The translations under genes were made by a program, and so were the position numbers. DNA of 58,093 nt from contig CAISTG010000060.1 of NCBI GenBank assembly GCA_903888345.1, positions 1-58,093 of the forward strand, written 5' to 3'. Below, in pieces: positions 29,737-39,187 of the stretch (positions are counted from its first letter, which is position 1; every line of letters begins with the position of its first letter). The stretch is from Candidatus Buchananbacteria bacterium. Lineage in GTDB: Bacteria > Patescibacteriota > Patescibacteriia > 2-01-FULL-39-33. Below the pieces are notes generated by a model. The model was not told where the DNA came from. It searched no databases and saw only the letters and a list, made by a program, of their open reading frames with translations.

Positions 29737-29926
29737 AATCCGCCGCGGCGGACAGCCATGATTTTCATCCGGTCGCGACTTTTTGGTTACTTTTTCTAAT
29801 TCAGTCCGTAGCGAAGCGAAGGATAATAATTAAGTTGCCAGCGGAGCTGGCTCCAAAAGAATATAGCCAACCCCGATATCGCCAGCAGGCGATTTGGCTA
29901 AGAAAAAGTGACAAAAGTTAATTCAT
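29737..29926 (-). repeat. dispersed ~190-bp structured repeat, copy 1
   Basis: Reverse complement aligns to 54544-54730; 46-bp identical core at 29855-29900. Confidence 0.85.
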
Positions 29927-30060
29927 AAAACTAAATTCCCACCTTCGCGGCAATGACGGTACTAAGCGTACTCCCAATCCTACATAACTACAGATCAGAA
30001 ATGTTGGAATGACAGAAGAAATATAATAATTAGACTGAAAAAAAGTGACAAGAGACAATA

Positions 30061-31065
30061 CTATAAAAATCTCTTCATCAACCGATAACCACTATACAAT
30101 ATTTTATTAAACACCAAATCATAAGCGCCAACATATTTAATTAATCGCGTCTCTGGTGCAAAACCAATTTTAAACCTAGTTACTCCGGGCCAGCGCGCCT
30201 CATTGGCGCCCCAGAAATCATAAAACTGGCAACCTTGTTGCTTAGCTAATTTGATCATCTCCCATTGCAAAGTATAAGGTGCCATCTTGTCACGAAATTC
30301 ATAGTCAGAAGCACCATGCAAATAAACACACCACTGCCCCCAAAATACCATAATATTAGCTGCCAGAGCCTTCCCTGAGGCCAAATTATCACTTCTGGCG
30401 AAGACTAATCTTACCCCTGGCACCTTGAGCATTTTCAGGTAATAATCGTGCCTGTGCGTTTTTATGCGGTCACGCGCAGCAGTCTTCTCCATCAGCTCCC
30501 AAAACTCGGCGAAATCAGCTTGAGGGTTTTGGCTAACTTGAGCAAAAATCCCATGTCGCTCCCCCACTTTAATATTATAGCGTGTCTTGGACTTCATGTT
30601 TTTGAGCAAGTCCGCCTCGCTTAAATTTAAATCTAAAATTAAAGTCTGTTGCGGTTGGACTTCACCAATTAAGCGCAGCTTATTACTTACTAAGTGCTGT
30701 GACTCGGCCCAAGCCGGATCAATCCTTAAGAAAAAGGCTTTTTCTGATTGGGAGATTTTTTTTATTTCGGCAAATAGAAATCTTAAAGCGTCGGACCGCA
30801 ATTCACTGGTCACCGATTTATCCAAAACCGGACCACGCGGGCAATATAAATAACTAAAACCATAAGGTAAACGATGTTTAACAATTAAGGCAACAACCAT
30901 AACTTCACCATCCACCTCAACTGCCAACCGATAATTAGTCCGACCGCTCGCGACCTGAAAATCACCCCAACCGGCAGATTGCAAAAAACCACCATCTAAA
31001 CTATTGGCGGCAACGAACAGGTCCCATTTTTCGGGTGTTAAGTTTTGATTTAAGTTGAAATTCAC
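30061..31065 (-). CDS. FemAB/FemX-family peptidoglycan bridge aminoacyltransferase
   Basis: FLQSAGWG, YLYCPRGP, KSKTRYNI, YLHGAS, YDFWG, GVTRFKIGF; GTG start. Confidence 0.92.
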   Translation of the reverse strand: MNFNLNQNLTPEKWDLFVAANSLDGGFLQSAGWGDFQVASGRTNYRLAVEVDGEVMVVALIVKHRLPYGFSYLYCPRGPVLDKSVTSELRSDALRFLFAEIKKISQSEKAFFLRIDPAWAESQHLVSNKLRLIGEVQPQQTLILDLNLSEADLLKNMKSKTRYNIKVGERHGIFAQVSQNPQADFAEFWELMEKTAARDRIKTHRHDYYLKMLKVPGVRLVFARSDNLASGKALAANIMVFWGQWCVYLHGASDYEFRDKMAPYTLQWEMIKLAKQQGCQFYDFWGANEARWPGVTRFKIGFAPETRLIKYVGAYDLVFNKILYSGYRLMKRFL

Positions 31066-31150
31066 CTTTTTACTATAACATATTTTGTGCTCAATAAAAA
31101 GCTGACAACCAGCGAATCATTTAATCAACTTTAATTAAACGTCTTCAGGG

Positions 31151-31179
31151 TTGAAAAATATGCCGAAATATGCTATGCT
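31151..31179 (+). promoter_or_regulatory. promoter of the der operon
   Basis: TTGAAA-17bp-TATGCT with an extended TG. Confidence 0.6.
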
Positions 31180-31207
31180 ATAAAAAGTTAAATCAATAAA
31201 CCCCACT

Positions 31208-32620
31208 ATGGAACGGAATTTACCGCAAGTTGTCATTATTGGAAGAGCCAATGTCGGCAAATCAACCCTATTTAATCGTATAATTGAACAAAAGAAGGCT
31301 TTGGTGTCCCCAGTTTCTGGAACCACACGTGACCGTAACATTGGTGTCGCCGAATGGCGCGGTCGCAAATTTCAAATTACTGATACTGGTGGCTTAGATA
31401 TCGACCTCAATGAAGAAACTGATAAGGAAATCGCCAAAGGAATCATTAGACAAGCTGAAACTGCTGCTAAAACTGCAGATTTGGTATTGTTTGTTATTGA
31501 TGCGATGACTGGCGCCACTCCGGCTGATCGTGAATTATACAAAAAAGTAAAAAAATATTTAAATCCGGATAAAATCATCTTTATTGCTAATAAAGCCGAG
31601 AGCGCTCGTAACAATAAATATGACAACAGTATTTTCAAATTGGGTCTCGGTGAACCAATGTATTTATCAGCTTCTTCTGGATCCGGTGTTGGTGATTTAC
31701 TTGATGAAGTCTTAAATAAAATTCCTAAAAATAAAACTGACAAGGGCGCCGAAAATGCTTTCCCTACTATTAAAGTCGCCTTCTTGGGTCGACCCAATGT
31801 CGGAAAATCTTCCCTTTTAAATGCGATCTTAGGCGAAGAGCGCGTCATTGTTTCTCCAATTGCTCACACTACTCGCGAAGCGCATGACACTGAATTCTTT
31901 TATAAAGAACATCGCTTTGTAATTGTTGATACCGCCGGCTTACGCAAAAAAGCTAAAGTTGAAAAAGGTGGATTAGAAAGAAAATCGGTCGATAAATCAT
32001 TACAAGCGATCGCTCACTGTGATGTTGCGGTTTTAGTGACTGAAGCTGATAAGACAGTTGATACTCAAGACAAAAAAATCACCCAGGCAATTTTAGAATC
32101 CGGCAAGTCCGTGATCATTGTCGCCAACAAATGGGATCTAGTAGAAAATAAAGAAACCGATACTATCAATTCTTATGTCGATTACTATCGCTTAGAATTC
32201 CCTTACCTCTGGTGGGCACCATTGATTTTCGTTTCCGCCAAAGACGATGTGCGTTGCCGCAAAATTTTAGACATGGCGATTGAAACCGCCACATCCCGCC
32301 ATATCACGATCGCCAATTCAACTTTAGATAAATTCTTAAAACAAAAAATCAAACAGCATCGTCCGAGCCGCGGCAAAGGCTTAAAGAATCCTTATATTTA
32401 CGAAATCGAACAAGAATCCACCAATCCTCCGCGTTTCATTATCTATGTTAATGATCCAATGATTCTACATTTCTCCTATATCCGCTTCCTGCAAAATAAC
32501 CTGCGTGATCAATTTAAGATTATGGGCACACCAATCCAAATTGAAGTTCGTAAATGGAATCCGAAACGAGAAAAAGAAAATAAACCACAAAAAAAACGTA
32601 AGCGACATCGAAACTACTAA
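31208..32620 (+). CDS. der: ribosome biogenesis GTPase Der/EngA
   Basis: Two G domains (GRANVGKS, GRPNVGKS; DTGG, DTAG; NKAE, NKWD) plus a KH-like domain. Confidence 0.97.
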   Translation: MERNLPQVVIIGRANVGKSTLFNRIIEQKKALVSPVSGTTRDRNIGVAEWRGRKFQITDTGGLDIDLNEETDKEIAKGIIRQAETAAKTADLVLFVIDAMTGATPADRELYKKVKKYLNPDKIIFIANKAESARNNKYDNSIFKLGLGEPMYLSASSGSGVGDLLDEVLNKIPKNKTDKGAENAFPTIKVAFLGRPNVGKSSLLNAILGEERVIVSPIAHTTREAHDTEFFYKEHRFVIVDTAGLRKKAKVEKGGLERKSVDKSLQAIAHCDVAVLVTEADKTVDTQDKKITQAILESGKSVIIVANKWDLVENKETDTINSYVDYYRLEFPYLWWAPLIFVSAKDDVRCRKILDMAIETATSRHITIANSTLDKFLKQKIKQHRPSRGKGLKNPYIYEIEQESTNPPRFIIYVNDPMILHFSYIRFLQNNLRDQFKIMGTPIQIEVRKWNPKREKENKPQKKRKRHRNY

Positions 32621-32622
32621 CT

Positions 32623-33126
32623 ATGAAGAGTGTCGATTTAAAAAAATATATTTTAGACTTACCACAAGACAAAATTGCTTGGCTTTTTGTTATTATCTAT
32701 TCCTTGCGGGCACCGACCTACTACTTGATCGGCTTCATAAATGCCGGATATTCCTGGTGGTATACCGCAGAAATTTTAAGGATAATTTACTGGACCTTCA
32801 GCTACTTTCTAGCTGGCATTATGATGATATTAATATTAATCTTACTAGGTTGGCTACTGAGTTTGATTCTTAAACTTATAAAGAAAAATGTCGAACTAAA
32901 AAAAATTATAAATCTTACGTTTTTTTCTTCGTTAATTTACACCATCCCAATTACTGTCTACTCTGTATATTTGGAAATTTTACCCTACTTTACTGGTCGC
33001 AATGTAGATTTTCAAATTATGCATTTTAAAGTCTTTCCCCTAGTAGATCAATTTACCACAATTTTGTGGCTGGTTCTTTTCCTTTACGGGCTTATCATCA
33101 CTATTAAAAATCAAAAGCGAGTATGA
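32623..33126 (+). CDS. hypothetical membrane protein (Yip1-like)
   Basis: 4 hydrophobic segments; 4-bp overlap with pth. Confidence 0.6.
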   Translation: MKSVDLKKYILDLPQDKIAWLFVIIYSLRAPTYYLIGFINAGYSWWYTAEILRIIYWTFSYFLAGIMMILILILLGWLLSLILKLIKKNVELKKIINLTFFSSLIYTIPITVYSVYLEILPYFTGRNVDFQIMHFKVFPLVDQFTTILWLVLFLYGLIITIKNQKRV

Positions 33127-33683
33127 AATTAATCGTCGGCCTGGGCAATCCCGGCAAACAATATCAGAATACTTGGCATAACATCGGCTTTGCCACTTTA
33201 GAAGAATTGTGCAAACAATTCGGTTTTAGTGATTTCAAAAAATCAGTCAAATTCAAGGCGGAAATTACCAAAGGCGAAGTTGCCGGCGAAACCATCATCT
33301 TAGCGAAGCCGCAAACTTTTATGAATAACTCGGGCTTAAGCGTCGCCGCCATTGCTAATTTTTATAAAACTAAAACAACGGATATTATTGTAGTTCAAGA
33401 CGACTTAGATTTAGTGGCCGGCAAACTTCGCCTGGCTAAAGATTCTTCCGCTGGCGGCCATAACGGTATTAAATCAATTATTGAACACTTGGGCACCAAA
33501 GATTTTATGCGAGTTAAAGTTGGCATCAAAACTGAATTGCTAACCAAAGTTGATCCGGCTGATTATGTTTTAATGGCTTATAAAAAGATCCCTGAAATTT
33601 CTAAATTAATAAAAACCGCTGCGGAAGCAACGGCAACTATTATCGAAACTGGACTCGCCAAAGCGATGAATAAGTATAACTAG
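33123..33683 (+). CDS. pth: peptidyl-tRNA hydrolase
   Basis: LIVGLGNPG..HNIGF, KPQTFMNNSG, GGHNGIKSI. Confidence 0.97.
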   Translation: MKLIVGLGNPGKQYQNTWHNIGFATLEELCKQFGFSDFKKSVKFKAEITKGEVAGETIILAKPQTFMNNSGLSVAAIANFYKTKTTDIIVVQDDLDLVAGKLRLAKDSSAGGHNGIKSIIEHLGTKDFMRVKVGIKTELLTKVDPADYVLMAYKKIPEISKLIKTAAEATATIIETGLAKAMNKYN

Positions 33684-33697
33684 TTATTTTCTAAAAT

Positions 33698-33840
33698 AAA
33701 AAAATGGCACTGAGATTACTGTCTGCCAGCTTGGCGACAACTGCCAGGAGGGGGGCAATTACCGTAAGTTAACAGACAGAAACCTAAGGGCCATTTATTT
33801 AAACCGCATAAACAATACTTCAAGGACGGCTTTAAATTAC
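33698..33840 (-). ncRNA. candidate small RNA: 5' hairpin plus ~43-bp rod with CCCCUCCU loop and U tail
   Basis: Upstream promoter at 33847-33875; rod 33702-33796 pairs with about six G-U wobbles on the minus strand only; ends in a U7 run; no ORF longer than 11 codons seen. Confidence 0.6.
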
Positions 33841-33846
33841 GTGGGT

Positions 33847-33875
33847 ATCTTACCAAACTGACCCGCCCCTGTCAA
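33847..33875 (-). promoter_or_regulatory. sigma70 promoter driving the candidate sRNA
   Basis: TTGACA (33875-33870), 17 bp, TAAGAT (33852-33847) with an extended TG. Confidence 0.75.
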
Positions 33876-33901
33876 TAGACCGAAATTTAACTCTTTTACT
33901 C

Positions 33902-34993
33902 ATGGAGGACTTAAAATATTTCCTGGCTTTTGGCCAGATTTCCGGCTTCGGCCCACTCAAATTCAATCGTCTCTTGACCCATTACTCAACTCTGGGTGAG
34001 GCTTGGTCCATTAATCTACCGGAGTTAATGGCAATAGGTTTTACTGAAAGCGAAGCTGACAAAATCATAATCAGCAGATCAAACATCAACCCCGATGAAG
34101 AGTTTGCCAAATTAAATAAGCAAGGAATTTCTGCCATCACCATTAAAGATTCAGCTTATCCAAAAAACCTTAAAGAGATTTATGATGCACCGGCGGTTCT
34201 ATATTATCGCGGCAATCTCAATTGTTTAAACAACGAATGTTTGGCAGTAGTGGGGGCGCGTAAGCACACTCCTTATGGTCAAATGGCGGTTGATAAAATT
34301 ATCGAACCACTGGCTGCGGCAGGACTAACCATTGTTTCCGGTTTAGCCCTAGGGATTGATGCCCTCGCCCATCAAGCGGCGCTTAAAGTTAATGGCTTAA
34401 CTGCTGGCGTCTTAGGTTCTGATTTGCAATGGACCAATATCGGACCCAAAACTAACACTCGCTTAGCTGAAAAAATATTGGAGAATAACGGCTGCCTCTT
34501 ATCAGAATTTTCAATAGGCACAGCTGCCAACAAAACAACCTTTCCCCAGCGCAATCGTATCGTCTCCGGTTTATCTCGCGGCGTACTCGTAATTGAAGCC
34601 GCCGAAAACTCAGGGACCTTAATTACTGTTAATCATGCTCTAGACCAAAATCGCGACATTTTTGCTGTGCCGGGCAATATCTTTAGTCCCTATTGCGAAG
34701 GCACCAATAACCTGATCCGTAAGGGCGCCAAAATCACCATCAACGCCGACGATGTCTTGAATGAATTTAACCTAGCTCCGCAGCTAAAGTTAAACAAGAA
34801 ACCTGAGCCACTACAACTTGATACTGAAGACGCCCTGATCGTCAACAACCTCAGTTCCGAACCACTACAACTTGACAAACTAGCTGAACTATGCCAGATT
34901 AGGATTAATTCCTTAAATTCTAAACTAATGTTGCTAGAACTAAAAGGAGTAATTAAGAACATCGGCAATAATCAATATATCAAATTAAATTAG
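33902..34993 (+). CDS. dprA: DNA-processing protein DprA
   Basis: LAVVGAR, IVSGLALGIDA.AH, FPQRNRIVSGLS, EAAENSGTLIT, C-terminal winged helix. Confidence 0.96.
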   Translation: MEDLKYFLAFGQISGFGPLKFNRLLTHYSTLGEAWSINLPELMAIGFTESEADKIIISRSNINPDEEFAKLNKQGISAITIKDSAYPKNLKEIYDAPAVLYYRGNLNCLNNECLAVVGARKHTPYGQMAVDKIIEPLAAAGLTIVSGLALGIDALAHQAALKVNGLTAGVLGSDLQWTNIGPKTNTRLAEKILENNGCLLSEFSIGTAANKTTFPQRNRIVSGLSRGVLVIEAAENSGTLITVNHALDQNRDIFAVPGNIFSPYCEGTNNLIRKGAKITINADDVLNEFNLAPQLKLNKKPEPLQLDTEDALIVNNLSSEPLQLDKLAELCQIRINSLNSKLMLLELKGVIKNIGNNQYIKLN

Positions 34994-35000
34994 CATACTT

Positions 35001-37190
35001 ATGTCAAATAAATTGCTCATCGTCGAGTCTCCGGCCAAGGCCAAGACCATCAAGAAATACCTTAATAATGAATACGAAGTTAAGGCTTCGGTTGGTCACA
35101 TTCGTGATTTACCTAAATCTAATAAAGGCGCGATTGATATCGAAGCTGGTTTTGTGCCGCATTACGAAATCTCTCCCGGCAAAGAAAAGGTAGTCGCTGA
35201 ATTACGCGCCTTAGCTAAAGACGCTGATGAAGTACTGCTGGCAACCGATCCTGACCGCGAAGGTGAAGCGATTGCATGGCATATCAAAGAAGCGATCGGA
35301 CTAAAGCATCCGAAACGCGTGGCTTTTCATGAAATTACCAAGGAGGCCGTCATCGAAGCGATGAAGCACCCGCGGGACATTGATGAAAATTTAAAAGAAG
35401 CCCAAGAGGCTCGTCGCGTTTTGGACCGTATTTTCGGTTATGACTTAAGCGGTTTACTCTGGAAAAAATTACGTTACGGCTTGTCCGCCGGCCGGGTTCA
35501 ATCTCCCGCTCTAAGAATTCTCGTCGAACGTGAAAAAGAAATCCGCGCCTTTATTCCAGAAAAATATTATATTATTGAAGCGGATTTTGAAACTCCTAAT
35601 AAAGAACCAATCAAATTCCATTGCCAAGAAGAAGTTAAGGACGGCGATCGAGCGACCGCCATTGTTAAGGCTGCTCCAAAAGCCGATTGGAAAGTCGGTT
35701 CAGTGGACGTTAGCGAAGGCACCAAACGCGCCAAAGCGCCGTTTATTACTTCGACTTTACAACAAGCCGCTTCTTCCCGTTTGGGTTACTCCCCGTCTAT
35801 CACGATGCGTTTAGCCCAGAAACTCTATGAAGCCGGACACATTACCTATATGCGTACCGACTCTACTAACTTGTCGGGCCAAGCCATGAAGGAAATCAAT
35901 ACTTATATTATTGATAACTTTGGTAAGAATTACGCCAAGCCCCAAAAGTTTTTAACTAAATCCAAAAATGCGCAAGAAGCTCATGAGGCCATTCGCCCTT
36001 CTCATATCTCACTTAAAGATGCTGGCGCTACTCCGCAAGAAAAGAAACTCTATAATTTAATTTGGCGCCGCACCGTCGCCTGTCAGATGGCCGATGCTAA
36101 ACTCAACAAAACCAAAGTCATTGCTGTTAGTTCTGATTCAACCTTGCCAGAGTTCGGTGTTAATGGTTCCTTTATCACTTTTGACGGTTGGTTAAAAGTT
36201 GATCCTAAGGCCGCTGGCGAAGAAACTTTACTGCCAAAATTAATCGCTGACGAAGTACTCAAATTATTTGGCATTCAAGATACAGAAAAAGAAACTGAAC
36301 CACCACACCGCTATAGTGAAGCTGGTCTAGTTAAGGAATTAGAAAAACGTGGTATTGGCCGTCCATCTACTTATGCCGCGATTATCAGCACTATTGTCAA
36401 ACGCGGTTATGTCGAGAAAGAAAATAAATCCTTAAAGCCAACGGATACTGGTGAAGTTGTCGATCAATTCTTAGAAGATAACTTTGGCGAATACATTTCT
36501 GATACCTATACTGCTCAACTTGAAGATGAATTGGACGAAGTCGCCAAGGGAAAATTAACTTACCTAAAATTATTGACTGATTTCTACAAGCCGTTTGAAA
36601 AAGATATCAAGAGCAAAAAAGATATCGAAAAAATTTCAAACTTGGGCGATGCTCCCGAAAATCTCAAATGTCCCGAATGTGGTGCGAGCATGATTATTAA
36701 ATTAGGTCGCGGTGGTAAATTCTATTCTTGCTCTCGCTTTCCTGATTGTAATGGCGCGATGGCACTTGACGGCAAAGTCTTAGCCGCACCAGTTTCCACT
36801 GGCGAGAAGTGTCCGAAGTGCGGCAAGGGTGATTTAATTGAACGGGATGGTAAGTACGGCAAGTTCATCGCCTGTTCTAACTATCCGAAATGTAAGTTCA
36901 TCAAAAAAGATGAGGCCGCCGAAGCCGAGCGCATGAAAGCGAATGACACTGGTGTCCAGTGTACCGAATGCAAAAAAGGCACCATGGTAGAAAAGCGCGG
37001 ACGCTTCGGTGTTTTCTATGGCTGTTCTAATTATCCGGATTGCAAAAACATCATTAAAACCAAACCGACCGGCAAACTCTGCCCAATGTGTGGCAAACTA
37101 ATGATGGAAGGCACCAAAACTATCCCCGAAAGATGCTCTGATAAAACCTGTCCAAATCACAACCCACAAAAGTTAAACCCAGTTAAATAA
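35001..37190 (+). CDS. topA: DNA topoisomerase I
   Basis: LIVESPAKAKTI, DPDREGEAI, SAGRVQS, ITYMRTD, C-terminal zinc ribbons. Confidence 0.98.
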   Translation: MSNKLLIVESPAKAKTIKKYLNNEYEVKASVGHIRDLPKSNKGAIDIEAGFVPHYEISPGKEKVVAELRALAKDADEVLLATDPDREGEAIAWHIKEAIGLKHPKRVAFHEITKEAVIEAMKHPRDIDENLKEAQEARRVLDRIFGYDLSGLLWKKLRYGLSAGRVQSPALRILVEREKEIRAFIPEKYYIIEADFETPNKEPIKFHCQEEVKDGDRATAIVKAAPKADWKVGSVDVSEGTKRAKAPFITSTLQQAASSRLGYSPSITMRLAQKLYEAGHITYMRTDSTNLSGQAMKEINTYIIDNFGKNYAKPQKFLTKSKNAQEAHEAIRPSHISLKDAGATPQEKKLYNLIWRRTVACQMADAKLNKTKVIAVSSDSTLPEFGVNGSFITFDGWLKVDPKAAGEETLLPKLIADEVLKLFGIQDTEKETEPPHRYSEAGLVKELEKRGIGRPSTYAAIISTIVKRGYVEKENKSLKPTDTGEVVDQFLEDNFGEYISDTYTAQLEDELDEVAKGKLTYLKLLTDFYKPFEKDIKSKKDIEKISNLGDAPENLKCPECGASMIIKLGRGGKFYSCSRFPDCNGAMALDGKVLAAPVSTGEKCPKCGKGDLIERDGKYGKFIACSNYPKCKFIKKDEAAEAERMKANDTGVQCTECKKGTMVEKRGRFGVFYGCSNYPDCKNIIKTKPTGKLCPMCGKLMMEGTKTIPERCSDKTCPNHNPQKLNPVK

Positions 37191-37296
37191 ACACTCATCC
37201 GTATTTATATATAATTGACGATCAGGCGCCTCGTAATCCATTAAGATATAGTCATTACGAAACGCTATTTAATAGGGTAAATAAATAGATTACAAT

Positions 37297-37328
37297 AAAA
37301 AACTCCCACTCAATTGAGTGGGAGTTTT
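37297..37328. terminator. bidirectional terminator
   Basis: AAAACTCCCACTC-AATT-GAGTGGGAGTTTT between convergent genes. Confidence 0.8.
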
Positions 37329-37340
37329 GTTTATCAAAGT

Positions 37341-39128
37341 CTAATTTGTTATGGTCACACTATCGATGGGAAAATTAGATAAATATACTCCGCTTAAACC
37401 GGACACACTTGCATTATCATCATTCCATAAGAAGCTAGCGCCATTAGATAAACCCACGGTTACTGCTGCCGTACCTGCACTACCCAAAGAACCAGAAATC
37501 TCACCGTATAAGGACAATACCGTACTGCTGGCCTGTGAGACAGCATAACCACCATTAAAAATAAAATCTGCTATTTTACCGGACTGAGAAAATGACCCGG
37601 TAGCCACGGTTACGCCCTGATTGTTTTTTAGAACAAGTTTATTGACTAGGACGTTGGCCGAGGAATTGATAACGAAATCCATCTGATTTATTTTTATCGC
37701 TCCATTAGTTGAAACGTTAACCGAGGCTAATTTAACCGTACCATTATATAACCTATTGCTAACTGAATTCAAATTTATTATCGGTAAACTGGCCACCGGA
37801 AACATAGGAGCAGATACCGCAGAGGCAGCCTCAGGGACATAAGTAGCGACTCGCATGGTAGCGTCATGCCATTTTACGCTATCAAGCTGTAAATAATAAT
37901 ACTGCCCCGGTTTGATTCCTCCATTGCCAACAGCATTAATAGCAACTCCGACCGCAACATCTTTACCACCATAGCTGGCGGGCACAGTCAAGTTAAGTCC
38001 ACTAAATATAGCCTGATTGTTTACTACAGCAACAGTGCGACCATTAAAAGTAACTGAGGTAACCGGACTATCACCAAGACTAACTGAGGTGCCATGAATG
38101 CTAAAAGTAACCGCATCAATTGTTAGGCCTGATTTTTTTGTTAAAAAATTATAAGATATCAAATTATTTTGATTTGATTTTCCCAGTACATATTGACTCA
38201 GTAGTAATGTTGACTCTTGCCTTTTAACACTAATGTCAGCCACACAACTACCACTTGCACAACCATTAGCACAAGCTATTCCAGTCGATAAAACTTGACC
38301 ATTACTACAATAATATTCGGTTAACTGATTGGCATCAAAGCAAGAATCTTGGACATTAACACTAACTCCATTCATAAATCCCACCGTGGTTCCCTTAACA
38401 TAAGGGTCACTTGTGCCCGAAATATAGGGGAAGGTAGTTGAGCTCAAATCCGAATCAAAACAAACTGGGATAGGATTTTTAACACAAGCGCCACTCACAC
38501 AGCCATTCTTACAAAGATAGTTCCAACCACCAACCGCATATTTAGTGCTCGAAGTAATAACCGCTCCGGAAGAAGAAACTACTGGATAAGCAAAACGATC
38601 CATGACGCGGCAACGCTTATCAGTCGGCGCACAAGAAGCAACGGCAGAAGAGCCGACGTATCCTAGCGAACCATAAATATCAATATAACACTGATCTTTC
38701 AAGGCAACATATTTTGTCGCATCCTGACAACGGGCAGTACTAGCAGTAAAAGGATCAAATTTAATTAAATTATTTGTCGACGTCCCGTAAGCCGCCACAA
38801 AACCAGCTGACGGATAAATTTGAGAGTAATCTAAAGTAACGGCGGCACTGTCACCATCAGTACATTGCGACCAATCAAACAAGATCGGCGGATTATTTTG
38901 ACCTGACAGATTAATGATGCCAGCAGCCATTGAGGTACCAAAAGCACCCAATAAAACAACGCAGCAAATCATGAGGGTCGCTAAAACGATTTGGTTTTCA
39001 GTACGAACCAAAGTAGGGGTCGCCAACTGTACTGGCCGCGGTGCTAAGGGCACGCTAACAGGATCACTGAAAGAGCGAGTCGCTCTGGGTTTAATCCCAC
39101 TGACTCGGGCGGGAGTTTTACGGGGCAT
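37341..39128 (-). CDS. membrane-anchored surface protein with Cys-rich repeats and beta-rich (S-layer-like) domains
   Basis: Basic P-rich N-terminus, TM at ~aa 47-70, CFDSD..PYVKGT..DSC..LTEYYC..CANGC.SGSC module, S/T/N/V-rich remainder. Confidence 0.75.
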   Translation of the reverse strand: MPRKTPARVSGIKPRATRSFSDPVSVPLAPRPVQLATPTLVRTENQIVLATLMICCVVLLGAFGTSMAAGIINLSGQNNPPILFDWSQCTDGDSAAVTLDYSQIYPSAGFVAAYGTSTNNLIKFDPFTASTARCQDATKYVALKDQCYIDIYGSLGYVGSSAVASCAPTDKRCRVMDRFAYPVVSSSGAVITSSTKYAVGGWNYLCKNGCVSGACVKNPIPVCFDSDLSSTTFPYISGTSDPYVKGTTVGFMNGVSVNVQDSCFDANQLTEYYCSNGQVLSTGIACANGCASGSCVADISVKRQESTLLLSQYVLGKSNQNNLISYNFLTKKSGLTIDAVTFSIHGTSVSLGDSPVTSVTFNGRTVAVVNNQAIFSGLNLTVPASYGGKDVAVGVAINAVGNGGIKPGQYYYLQLDSVKWHDATMRVATYVPEAASAVSAPMFPVASLPIINLNSVSNRLYNGTVKLASVNVSTNGAIKINQMDFVINSSANVLVNKLVLKNNQGVTVATGSFSQSGKIADFIFNGGYAVSQASSTVLSLYGEISGSLGSAGTAAVTVGLSNGASFLWNDDNASVSGLSGVYLSNFPIDSVTITN

Positions 39129-39187
39129 AAAATTTGTTTTAATAATATTACAAAAAAATTAACGTTAGTATTAGTCGTGGACCACTC

